From Alphaproteobacteria bacterium (GTDB lineage: Bacteria; Pseudomonadota; Alphaproteobacteria; UBA828), in the NCBI GenBank assembly GCA_965214705.1, contig OZ243972.1:448001-512000 (forward strand): a stretch of 64,000 nucleotides of DNA, written 5' to 3'. The notes below the pieces were generated by a model that saw only the letters and a list, made by a program, of their open reading frames with translations, was not told where the DNA came from and made no database searches. This document shows, piece after piece, positions 1 through 9,120 of the stretch (position 1 is its first letter; each line of letters opens with the position of its first letter). A program made the translations under genes and the position numbers.

Positions 1-35
1 GCGCCGTTTCGAGGCGCTCCTGGAGGCAATGGTGG

Positions 36-887
36 TCAGAGGTTCTCCACCAGATCGGAAAAAATTGCGTTGGGCCGCTTCCGGCGATTGTAGCGGTACT
101 CGAACTCCTTCACGTACTTCGGAAGATGCTTCCCCGAAACGTGGACGTGAGTCCCGCGGATCGAGTTCTTCAGCCGGGCCCAGAAGCCCTCGACAGCGTT
201 GACATGGCAGTCGTCGCGCACATATTCGCCAGCGCTGTGGTTCACGCTCTCGTGCGTGTAGCCCGAGGACGGCAGGCTCAGGTAGGATCGCAACTCGTCC
301 GTGTGGACGGTGCTGCCGGCCTTGACGTTTTCGCGAATGATCGGCTCCAGAGTGCGCCGTTTCACGTTCGGAACGACCTTCGCCATGAGGTCGCCGCCGC
401 GTTCGATCATCCCGAAAACCGTGGTCTTGTTCCCGCGATAGCCCCGGCCTTTGCCCTTCACTTTGCCGCCGACAAACGTTTCGTCTGCCTCGACCACGCC
501 GCCCAGCGACGTCTCGCCGTCCACTTCGGCCATGAACTTGCGAATCTCGTGCGCCATGCGCCAGGCCGTCTTGTAAGTCACGCCAAGTTGGCGTTGCAGC
601 TCCTTCGCGGAGACCCCGTGGCGTGTCGTGGCGAACAGGTGCATGGCGTAGAACCACTTGTGCACCGGCGTCCGAGAGCGCTCCATGGGCGTGCCGACGC
701 ACGGGTAAATGTGGTGTTTACAGTGCTGGCACAAGTAGGCGCGATCCCGCGTCAGCCGGTAGAACTTGCCGTGCGCTCCGCACTTCGGGCAGTCCAATTC
801 AGTCCCGCCGTAGCGCGCTACCATGATATGCTTCAGGCACGCTTCATCGTCAGGAAACCGGCGCATGAACTCGAAAAATGTTGTCAT
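36..887 (-). CDS. IS1595-family (ISXO2-like) transposase
   Basis: N-terminal Zn ribbon CPKC..CQHC, GVSAKELQRQLG HTH, VEADETFVGG / VHTDE / NAVEGFW DDE motifs, EFEYRYNRR tail. Confidence 0.95.
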   Translation of the reverse strand: MTTFFEFMRRFPDDEACLKHIMVARYGGTELDCPKCGAHGKFYRLTRDRAYLCQHCKHHIYPCVGTPMERSRTPVHKWFYAMHLFATTRHGVSAKELQRQLGVTYKTAWRMAHEIRKFMAEVDGETSLGGVVEADETFVGGKVKGKGRGYRGNKTTVFGMIERGGDLMAKVVPNVKRRTLEPIIRENVKAGSTVHTDELRSYLSLPSSGYTHESVNHSAGEYVRDDCHVNAVEGFWARLKNSIRGTHVHVSGKHLPKYVKEFEYRYNRRKRPNAIFSDLVENL

Positions 888-1008
888 CTTCCTTTCCCCG
901 TCAGGAGCGGAACAGTGTCATGAGTGAGGTCAATGAACCGGGTCCAGAAGCTCCTGGGCTACGCGTTGAAGTTCTTGCCCAATTTGAAGTGCCAGAGCCG
1001 GCTCCAGG

Positions 1009-2649
1009 GGGTGGGCTTCTGGGATGGCGGATTGAGGGTGTGTAGATTCAATGGGTTAGGGTTACCCGGTTCGTGGGAATGCGGGGTTTGGTGACAATCT
1101 ACCCGACTCGGGGGTGATCTTGTCAGGATGGGGGCCGCGCGGCATCGAGGGGTGGGAATGCTCCAGACCGCAAGATGCGGTGCGATGTCGTCTTCAACCC
1201 CAACACCAGGAGCATCCCCATGCCAGTGTTGCAGCCTTGTGCCCAGCCCTCCATCGCTCTGTCGGACTTGCCCGATCCCGCTGCTGAGGCGGTGAGCCGG
1301 GTGCTCGCGCTGTTTGACGAACACGTCGGATCCGGTGTGGGTCCCGACGACTTCGAGGCGGCCGAGCGGGATGCACTCAGTGCCATGAAGGAGGTCTGCT
1401 GCCTGCTGCTGCGCAGCGTCATCGAGAGCCGCGATGACGGCGCCGCGCGGATGGAGCGGGACGGGCAGGTCTGGTACCGGGTGGAGGAGACCGCCAAGAC
1501 GGTGATGACGTCTGTGGGCGCGGTCGAGTATCTGCGCCCGCGCTACCGTCGGGACGGCATGTCGGCTTCGATCGTTCCGGTAGACGAGAGCCTGGGTCTT
1601 GTGAACGGCTGTCTGACCCGGACGGCGGCGCATCTCGGCGCTTGGCTGATGGGTCATTGCCCGGCCCGCGAAGCGGAGGCCTTTTTCCGGAAGATGGGGA
1701 CCATGACCCCGTCGGCGAGCACCCTGCAGCGCCTGGTCAAGGCGGTGCACGGGAACTGGGAGACAATCAGCGGGACGGCGCTGGACGAGATCCGGGTTGC
1801 GGAGGGCATACCTGCGGCAGCGGTCACGGCGGCGGTCTCGCTTGACGGCATCATGGTGCCGCTGCGAGCAGGCGAGGACGGCCGCGCAGAGGCGGCTTGG
1901 CGCGAGGCGTCCTGTGGCACGGTCTCGTTCCACGACAGCGACGGCGAGCGGCTGCACACACTCTACCTGGGGCGCATGCCGGAAAGCGGCAAGGTCAGCC
2001 TCAAGGCCGAGCTCAAGGCCGACGTTGCCCATCTCCAGGCGTCCCGTCCCGACATCGCAATCGTCGCCATCGCAGACGGCGCCCCCGACAACTGGACCTT
2101 CCTGGAGACCCTCTCGCCCATGGAGGAAGCCGTCGACTTCTGGCACGCTTGCGAACACCTCGCGACGGCGTCTGACCATGCCCTCGCCCACAACTGGTTC
2201 GAGAAGTACCGTGAGATCTTGCGTCATGATCCCGACGGGGTGGAGAAGGTCATCCGCGCCCTGCGCCACCTGCTCGGCAGAGCGACCTCGGGGAAGGCCG
2301 AGATCGAGCGGGAACTCGCCTTCTTCCGCAAGAACCGGCACCGCATGCGCTACCGCGCGCTGAAGGATCGCAAGATGCCCATCGGCTCGGGCGTCGTCGA
2401 GGCGGCCAACAAAACCCTGGTGACGCAGCGTATGAAGAGGTCTGGCATGCGCTGGCGGATCGCCGGCGGGCAGGCTGTGCTCACCTTCCGCGCGCTCATC
2501 AAGTCGGGACGCTTCGAGCGGGCCTGGGACGCCCTGGTCGCCAACCTCATGGCACCCGCCAATGACAACCGCATCATTCACGATATGGCGCTGGCTGCCT
2601 GAGCAGAATGACCATCAAAACACAGTCCCGCCATACGAGACTTGCTCCC
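1009..2649 (+). mobile_element. ISKra4/ISLre2-type IS, complete copy
   Basis: 8-bp TSD gctccagg at 1001-1008 and 2650-2657. Imperfect terminal IR gggtgggcttctgggatggcgg / gggagcaagtctcgtatggcgg. Confidence 0.9.
1220..2602 (+). CDS. ISKra4-family DDE transposase
   Basis: SLDGIMV, IADGA, DFWHACEHL, PIGSGVVEAANK..QRMKRSGMRW motifs; aggag RBS before ATG 1220. Confidence 0.9.
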   Translation: MPVLQPCAQPSIALSDLPDPAAEAVSRVLALFDEHVGSGVGPDDFEAAERDALSAMKEVCCLLLRSVIESRDDGAARMERDGQVWYRVEETAKTVMTSVGAVEYLRPRYRRDGMSASIVPVDESLGLVNGCLTRTAAHLGAWLMGHCPAREAEAFFRKMGTMTPSASTLQRLVKAVHGNWETISGTALDEIRVAEGIPAAAVTAAVSLDGIMVPLRAGEDGRAEAAWREASCGTVSFHDSDGERLHTLYLGRMPESGKVSLKAELKADVAHLQASRPDIAIVAIADGAPDNWTFLETLSPMEEAVDFWHACEHLATASDHALAHNWFEKYREILRHDPDGVEKVIRALRHLLGRATSGKAEIERELAFFRKNRHRMRYRALKDRKMPIGSGVVEAANKTLVTQRMKRSGMRWRIAGGQAVLTFRALIKSGRFERAWDALVANLMAPANDNRIIHDMALAA

Positions 2650-2799
2650 GCTCCAGGAGTTCGTCAGCGACTGGAGGCTGGTCAAGAGAAGGTCTTATTC
2701 GAAGCATCACTAGGCGGGAACCGTCTTCTCCGAGTGATTGGCCAACCTGAATGACGCTCATGATTTCACCTCCTTAGTTCCCAATATGGGGAAGGTGGG

Positions 2800-4080
2800 A
2801 TGACGTGTCAAGGGGATAATCGCGCAAACTGGCGCAACCGCACCCTGTTCCACGGCGACAATCTCGGTTTCCTCCGGGCCATGAACTCGGAGTCGGTGGA
2901 CCTGATCGCCACCGATCCGCCGTTCAACAAGGGCCGTGACTTCCATGCGACACCGGACAGTCTCGCAGCGGGTGCGAAGTTCCAGGACCGTTGGTCTTGG
3001 GAGCGGGACGTGCATGAGGAATGGGCGGATCAGATCACCGACGATTATCCCCGTCTCATGGAGGCGGTCGAGAGCGCCCGCTACGCACATTCGGACGGCA
3101 TGGGAGCGTTCATGTGCTTCATGGCGGTGCGACTGCTGGAAATGCGCCGCGTCCTGAAGGATTCCGGCTCAATCTACCTGCACTGCGATCCGACGGCCAG
3201 CCATTACCTGAAGGCCGTCATGGACGCTATCTTCGGATGGCGGAATTTTCAAAACGAGATTGTTTGGTGCTACAAATCGGGTGGGGCAAGTCCAAAGCGA
3301 CGTTTCAGCAAAAAGCATGACTTGATCTTGTGGTACTCGAAATCAAAACACTACGTATTCAATCCTCAAAGCGAAAAGTCATATAATCGAGGTTTGAAAC
3401 CTTATCGATTCAAGGGTGTTCAAGAATTTTGCGATGAAATTGGGTGGCACACTGTCGTTGGAATGAAAGACTATTGGGAAATTGATATGGTGGGGCGGAC
3501 CAGCAAAGAACGAATCGGTTATCCCACACAAAAGCCATTAGCACTTTACGAGAGAATGATCTGCGCTAGCTCCAATGAAGGTGACATTGTATGCGACCCA
3601 TTCGCCGGGTGTGCCACAACCCTTGTCGCCGCCGAACGGCTTCAACGCCAGTGGGTCGGAATGGACATATGGGAACGCGCCCATGAGGTGGTGGTCGAGC
3701 GCCTTCGGGACACCACCGGCCTGTTCGGCAAGGTGACATTCACAGACAAATTGCCGCACCGGACCGATGACGGCGAAGAGGCCGCGCCGTTCCTACGGGT
3801 GAAAGTCCGCGTGAAGGAGCCGGAAGGCCCGCGTTGGACCCGCGCGGAGATGTACGAGCACCTGCTGGAGCAGAACGGCCCGCGTTGCCAAGGCTGCGAT
3901 CGGACATTCGACGATCCCCGCTATCTGGAGCTCGACCACAACACGCCGCGCTCGGACGGCGGGCTCAATCACATATCCAACCGCATCCTGCTATGCGGGC
4001 CATGCAACCGGCTCAAGAGCAATACCTACACGTTGTCAGGGCTGCGGCGAGAGAACCGAAAACGGGGGCACATGCAATGA
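2800..4080 (+). CDS. N4/N6 DNA methyltransferase (beta class) fused to a C-terminal HNH endonuclease domain
   Basis: DLIATDPPF (motif IV), GYPTQKP, DPFAGCATT (motif I); C-terminal CQGC...LELDH.TPRSDGG.NH.SN..LLCGPCN.LK. Confidence 0.9.
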   Translation: MTCQGDNRANWRNRTLFHGDNLGFLRAMNSESVDLIATDPPFNKGRDFHATPDSLAAGAKFQDRWSWERDVHEEWADQITDDYPRLMEAVESARYAHSDGMGAFMCFMAVRLLEMRRVLKDSGSIYLHCDPTASHYLKAVMDAIFGWRNFQNEIVWCYKSGGASPKRRFSKKHDLILWYSKSKHYVFNPQSEKSYNRGLKPYRFKGVQEFCDEIGWHTVVGMKDYWEIDMVGRTSKERIGYPTQKPLALYERMICASSNEGDIVCDPFAGCATTLVAAERLQRQWVGMDIWERAHEVVVERLRDTTGLFGKVTFTDKLPHRTDDGEEAAPFLRVKVRVKEPEGPRWTRAEMYEHLLEQNGPRCQGCDRTFDDPRYLELDHNTPRSDGGLNHISNRILLCGPCNRLKSNTYTLSGLRRENRKRGHMQ

Positions 4081-4094
4081 CAGGAAAACCCGAA

Positions 4095-4427
4095 TTGAAC
4101 GAAGCCGCTACGCGGAGTTAGCGGCGTAGAGTTCATTCATTTCCGAGGCGTCGCGGGTGCCGTTTGCCCTGTGCGTTCGCTTCCCGGTTGCGTCAGTGGC
4201 GCACCGCCCGTCGAGTGGCGGATCCCCGGCAGCCTCCCGATCACCAGTGGTTAGCATCGATCCCTGTGACGGACCGTCGCCGGATCGGTCCGGCGGCGCA
4301 CCGTCGCGATCCAGGGAGATCGATGATGACCGAGACCGCGTGCGACACGAACACCGTCACCCCTCTTCGCCAGCGCATGGAGGAGCAGCTCCGCATCGCC
4401 AATCTGGCCGCGAGCACGTCCAAGGCC
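4095..4427 (+). mobile_element. Truncated end of the integrase+IS91 element (terminus plus 5' end of integrase)
   Basis: Near-identical to the reverse complement of about 19445-19777. Confidence 0.9.
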
Positions 4428-4614
4428 AAGGGAAAAGATCGGCTTGAACGGCGTGCCAAAATCTGAATAGTGTCTGTCCCAGCGACATGGGGCCGCCCTC
4501 TCTGTCGACGTTGTCCGAAACCCGACAGGAACAAAGAGCGGTCCCGATTTCCAGGACAATCTGACCGCCACGGCGGCAAAATCCCGCTCAAATGCGGAAT
4601 TCTGCAAGTGGCTC
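4425..4614 (-). mobile_element. Truncated left end of an IS5/IS1182-like element
   Basis: Terminal gagccacttgca at 4614, and it matches the reverse complement of about 30350-30495 including the transposase start. Confidence 0.85.
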
Positions 4615-5929
4615 GATAGAAACAGTAAATGTTCCTGTTCAGACATCCAGTCTTGCTGCTGCGCCGAAGCGAGGCGCTCCAGACCGCGCTGATCGCGGTC
4701 GCGTTCTGGACGTTGGCTGTCATCGCTCTGACCAGCCTGCGGGATCTGCATGCTTGGGGGATGCCGCAAGTCGAACGCGTCATCGCACGGGCGAACATGG
4801 CATGCGTCGTTATCCTGGTGGGCCTGGTTGGAATTCGATGCTTGATTGCCTGGCGTATGTCCGGCTCACCGGTCTCTGTCCTGAACACGCTGTGCGGAAT
4901 GCCTGGCGTGTTGTTGTTCGGCGCGGTGGCGTCCTATCTGACAATCGGCTTTAGCGGGATGGACGAGGCGGACTGGCGGCCGGGCACGGCTGAGGCACTG
5001 AGGTTTTCAGTGCTCGCTTTCGGCGTGCTCGTGGCTGCCGCAGTCGGTGGCCGCGCGGTGCTGGAACGAGTCGGCACCGACCGGTTGTTGCAGGGCGTGC
5101 TTGTCGTCCTGATTTCGAGCTGCGTCATCATTCTCGCTTCGCCGATTCTGCGCGATCTCGGCATCCTGCCGCCTTATAGAATTCCGTTCCGCCTGACCGG
5201 CGCTTTTGTCAATCCCAACGGCGCCGGCTTGATCGGCAGCATGACGGTGGGACTCGCCGCGGCGTTCCTGACCAATGGCGGGCCGCGCACGCTCGGTTGG
5301 CTGGGCCTAGCCGCCGGCGTCGCCGCAACCGTGGGATCGGCGTCCCGAACCGCGTTGGTCATACTCGGTGCGTTGATGGTCTTGTTCCTGTTGATCAACG
5401 TCAGCGGCAAACCGAGGGCCTTCGTCCTGGCTTTGGCGGCTACAGGATTGGTCGGAATTGCGGGCTTCGTCGGCGTTGCGGCTTTCTCCGACGGTCTGCT
5501 GTCCCAGTGGTCGATGTTGCGGAACGTTCCCGGCGACGTGTGTTGTTTCGCAGTTTAAGTCGATAGAAGGCCGGGCTTTTTGGTCACACTGATCCGACGG
5601 CGGATTTCCGGGGATGTTGGCTGAATGTGGGAAGGGCGCTGTCCGCGGCTCTTCTTTTGATCCTCAGCAATATCCTCATTGCTGTTGAAGCTGTGGAGCG
5701 GTGGGCGCGAGATCGGCGAGTGTGGTCAGGCGGTGGGCAAGCGCCAGCTTGTCCACGGGCTGTCCACACGGTCCGCAGGACGCCGATCGGTCCGCAGGAC
5801 GCGTCCACGGCTCCACAGCTTGGCGGCGCCGGGGGGCGTCCGTAATCTCGGCCTCTCTCTGAACGACGAAGAGAGGCCCGGGGGACGGAACTCCCGCCGG
5901 GCCATGGCCGGTGCAGCTTCGGTATGAAA

Positions 5930-6092
5930 GGCTTATCCCGTTGAGCACGGCTTCTCAATATGTGGGGCACCGGGTCGCCCGCCATTCGGCGGGTAAGTCC
6001 TTGAAACAGGAAAAGAACCGGGACCATGACGAATGATTTCGCCGACGCGGCCGGTACAGCATCTTGGGAAGCCGGAACCAAAGGGATAAGCC
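5930..6092. mobile_element. 163-bp MITE
   Basis: Perfect IR ggcttatccc/gggataagcc, 12-bp TSD ttcggtatgaaa, absent from copy 2 (175-bp length difference). Confidence 0.92.
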
Positions 6093-6721
6093 TTCGGTAT
6101 GAAACGGGGCTTACCGGCGAGGAATACGTTAGGGCCGAGGCGTGGCGCGATGCAAGGCTCGATCGGTGCCCGAATCATCCGCATGGCGGATGCTCTCTGG
6201 CCCATCACGGCACCTATGAGCGCAAGACGCCCGAGGGCACGAAGATTGCTCGCTGGTACTGCCGTGAGAGCCACACGACCATCAGCCTTCTGCCGGACTG
6301 TCTGGCGGCGCGGCTGCCGGGCACGCTCGATGCGCTGGAAGATGTTGTGGTGGCGGCGGAGGAGGCCGGCAGCCTGGAGGAGGCAGCGGACGAGGCGCGC
6401 TGCCCCGAGGACGATGACGCCATCGAGCTTCCCGGCGCGCTTCGTTGGCTGCGCCGGCGGCTGGATCTCGTCTACGACGCGCTTGCCCGTGTCATCGGTC
6501 TGATCCCCGAGAAGCTCGCGGGCTGCGCGGCCACCATGAGCGCGGTTCGCGAGCGTCTGAAGAGCGACAGCGCGTTGATGGCGCTGCGCGGCCTGGTCGC
6601 CGGGCAACTGCAGACGCTGCCCGCGCCTCTGGGCTTCCAACCCCACGGAATCGGCGTGATGAGTCGCAAATCTGCGTTCCAACAACGGGCGGGGCCGGAC
6701 CCGCCGCCGGAGAGTTCGTAG
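6026..6721 (+). CDS. Element accessory protein (CPNH..CSL..HG..R, WYC motif). The native GTG start at 5911 is separated by the MITE, which supplies an in-frame ATG
   Basis: Compare with the intact copy 27909-28544. Confidence 0.7.
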   Translation: MTNDFADAAGTASWEAGTKGISLRYETGLTGEEYVRAEAWRDARLDRCPNHPHGGCSLAHHGTYERKTPEGTKIARWYCRESHTTISLLPDCLAARLPGTLDALEDVVVAAEEAGSLEEAADEARCPEDDDAIELPGALRWLRRRLDLVYDALARVIGLIPEKLAGCAATMSAVRERLKSDSALMALRGLVAGQLQTLPAPLGFQPHGIGVMSRKSAFQQRAGPDPPPESS

Positions 6722-6722
6722 C

Positions 6723-8102
6723 GTGACGATCCCGGGGCCAGGGAGCCCCACGAATGAGGATCGCACCATGAACAACTCAGACGACGACCTTCGCCAGGAG
6801 ATCGCGCTCTTCCGATACACCGTCATTGCCGACCTGGTGCATCTGCCGGTGGGCGCGCAGGGCATCGGCGAGAAGCTGCGCGACAAGGCCAGCCGGACCT
6901 ACACCATCCCCGGAAGCGACCGGACCCATGTCGCCGCCAACACCATCCGGGGCTGGGTCAAGCGCTACCGCTACCGCTACGGCGGCTTCGACGCGCTCTA
7001 CCCCAAGCCGCGCACCGACCGGGGGCAGCCCCGGCGGCTGCCGCCCGAGGTCGCCGCGCAGCTTATCGAGCTGAAGACCGACAACCCGGCATGGTCGGTG
7101 CGCAAGGTCATCCAGAAAGCCCGCGAGGACGGTGTCGATCATCCGCTCGCCCCGTCCACCGTGCACCGCCTGCTGAGCCGCGAGGGCCTGTTCGACAAGA
7201 AGCCGCCCGACGGTGCCGACCGCCGCCGCTTCGCCTTCCAGGAAGCCGGCGAGCTGTGGATGAGCGACGTCATGCACGGGCCCAAGGTCCGGCACGGGCG
7301 CAGCCGGCGCAAGACCTACCTCATCGCCTTCATCGACGACGCCACCCGCGTCATCCCCTTTGCCGCCTTCGCCCTGGCCGAGAACGTCCAGGCCTTCCTG
7401 CCGGTGTTCAAGAACGCCCTTGTCCGGCGCGGCCTCGCAGCGCGCCTGTACGTCGACAACGGTGCCGCTTACCGCTCCCGCCAGCTCGCCCTGGTCTGTG
7501 CGAAGCTCGGCATCGCGCTGATCCACGCCAGGGCCTATCAGCCAGCCGGGAAGGGCAAGATCGAGCGCTTCTTCAGGACACTGCGGGCCGGCTGGCTGGC
7601 CCACCTCGAGCCCGAGGCCCTGGACAGCCTCGAGGCGCTCAACCGCAGCCTCTGGGCCTGGATCGAGGGGGAGCACCACAACTCCCCCCATCGCGGCCTG
7701 GACGGGCGCACGCCGCTCGAGCAGTGGGCGCTGGCCGGCGCAGGCGTGCGCTATCCCGAGCCCGCTCTCGACCTTGACGAGATCTTCCTCTTCGAGGTCG
7801 GGCGGCGCGTCCAGAAGGACCGCACCGTCAGCCTGGACGGCCGCCTCTACGAGGTCGATCCCCTCCTCGTCGGCCGCAGCGTCACCTTGCGCTACGACCC
7901 CGACGCGCCGCCGTCGCGCCCCCTCGACGTCGTCTGTGACGGAAAGCCTGCCGGGAAGGCAACCCGCCTCGACGCCTACGCAAATACCGCAGTGAAGCGC
8001 GGCCACTGCTCCAAGCAGATCGAGACCGACGACCCGGCGCCCGAGCCGCCGCCCTCGCCACTGGCCATGCGGAACCTCAGGAAGAAGCAGGAGGACGACT
8101 GA
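6723..8102 (+). CDS. DDE (rve) transposase with Mu-transposase-like C-terminal domain (start could be 6768)
   Basis: LWMSDVMHG, FIDDATR, LYVDNG, GKGKIERFFRT; RRVQKDRTVSLDGRLYEV. Confidence 0.92.
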   Translation: MTIPGPGSPTNEDRTMNNSDDDLRQEIALFRYTVIADLVHLPVGAQGIGEKLRDKASRTYTIPGSDRTHVAANTIRGWVKRYRYRYGGFDALYPKPRTDRGQPRRLPPEVAAQLIELKTDNPAWSVRKVIQKAREDGVDHPLAPSTVHRLLSREGLFDKKPPDGADRRRFAFQEAGELWMSDVMHGPKVRHGRSRRKTYLIAFIDDATRVIPFAAFALAENVQAFLPVFKNALVRRGLAARLYVDNGAAYRSRQLALVCAKLGIALIHARAYQPAGKGKIERFFRTLRAGWLAHLEPEALDSLEALNRSLWAWIEGEHHNSPHRGLDGRTPLEQWALAGAGVRYPEPALDLDEIFLFEVGRRVQKDRTVSLDGRLYEVDPLLVGRSVTLRYDPDAPPSRPLDVVCDGKPAGKATRLDAYANTAVKRGHCSKQIETDDPAPEPPPSPLAMRNLRKKQEDD

Positions 8103-8902
8103 TGTACCTGCGACACTTCGCCTTCACCCGTCTGCCCTTCGAGACCCCGGCAGAAACCGACGAGCTCTTCGAATCCAATGCGCGGCGCGAGGCCGAGGCC
8201 AGGCTCGGACACCTCATCGACTTGCGCGGCATCGGCATGCTCACCGGCGAGGTGGGCTCCGGCAAGACAACCGTCTGCCGCCACCTCACAGCCCAGCTCC
8301 ACCCGGGCCTCTACCGCATCCACTACGTCTCGCTGACCACCGGCAACGTGCTCGACATGTACAAATCCATCGCATGGGAGATCGGCATCGCCGTCGAGCG
8401 CTCGCGATCCTCGGCCCACCATGCGATCAGGACCGAGATCACCCGGCTTGCGAACGAGGCCAAGCAGCTGCCCGTCCTCGTCGTCGACGAGGCCCACCAC
8501 CTGCGCAACGACGTGCTTGAGGACCTCCGCCTGCTCACCAACTTCGCCATGGACGCGGAGCAGCGCATGTGCCTCATCCTCGTCGGCCTGACCGAGCTCA
8601 GGCGCAGGCTGTCCATGGCGGTGCACGAATCCCTCAGCCAGCGCCTCGTCGTCCGTCACCACCTCACCGGCCTCGATCGAGAGGAGGTCGACGCCTATCT
8701 CACGCACCGCCTCCGTCTTGCAGGGTGCGAGTTGCCGCTCTTCGAGGCGCCGGCCGTCGAGGCCCTGTTCCAGAGTGCGCGCGGACTGCCGCGCCAGATC
8801 AACCGCATCGCGCACTACGCGCTGGCCGCCGCCGCCCTCGACAAGGCAAGAACCGTCAACGCCGACCACCTCCAGCACGCCCTCGACGAGCTCAGGCCAT
8901 GA
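8102..8902 (+). CDS. ExeA-like AAA+ ATPase (transposition helper)
   Basis: Walker A GEVGSGKT, Walker B VVDEAH, G.PRQIN. Confidence 0.92.
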   Translation: MYLRHFAFTRLPFETPAETDELFESNARREAEARLGHLIDLRGIGMLTGEVGSGKTTVCRHLTAQLHPGLYRIHYVSLTTGNVLDMYKSIAWEIGIAVERSRSSAHHAIRTEITRLANEAKQLPVLVVDEAHHLRNDVLEDLRLLTNFAMDAEQRMCLILVGLTELRRRLSMAVHESLSQRLVVRHHLTGLDREEVDAYLTHRLRLAGCELPLFEAPAVEALFQSARGLPRQINRIAHYALAAAALDKARTVNADHLQHALDELRP

Positions 8903-9120
8903 GCATCGTCATCGACCTGCCCGACGAGATCAGCGACGAGACCGCCGCCAGGATCCGCGACGTCCTCCATGAACTCGGCGACGCCTTCTACCAACTCGGC
9001 AGGGCAGTCGAAACCAGGTACGCCGGCCAGATCAGGCGATACTACGAGCCCGACTGCCCGCCGCCCCTCGACGACGGGGAACAACTGCCGCTGTTCCCGG
9101 AGTTGGATACCCCGTTCTGA
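8899..9120 (+). CDS. 73-aa acidic protein ending in a QLPLF motif
   Basis: ATGA overlap with the ATPase stop; present in both element copies. Confidence 0.7.
   Translation: MSIVIDLPDEISDETAARIRDVLHELGDAFYQLGRAVETRYAGQIRRYYEPDCPPPLDDGEQLPLFPELDTPF

Larger units (their letters stand above)
930..2761 (-). pseudogene. 60-aa small ORF upstream of the IS1595 transposase, split by the ISKra4-type element
   Basis: Strong RBS aaggagg before ATG 2761. Removing 1009-2649 plus one TSD copy restores MSVIQVGQ...DELLEPALALQ...LLDPVH*. Confidence 0.6.
1..2823 (-). mobile_element. IS1595-family element, partial (other end outside window), carrying a small passenger ORF and an ISKra4-type insertion
   Basis: Minus strand from about 2823 reads gcgattatccccttgaca, resembling IS1595-type termini with an inward -35 box. 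The boundary is inferred because the second end is not visible. Confidence 0.55.

Noticed and set aside
904-910. ggagcgg as the left end of the ISKra4 element (pairing with ccgctcc at about 2648-2654)
   Set aside because: Gives no TSD. The 1009/2649 boundaries give an 8-bp TSD, a longer IR and agree with copy 2.
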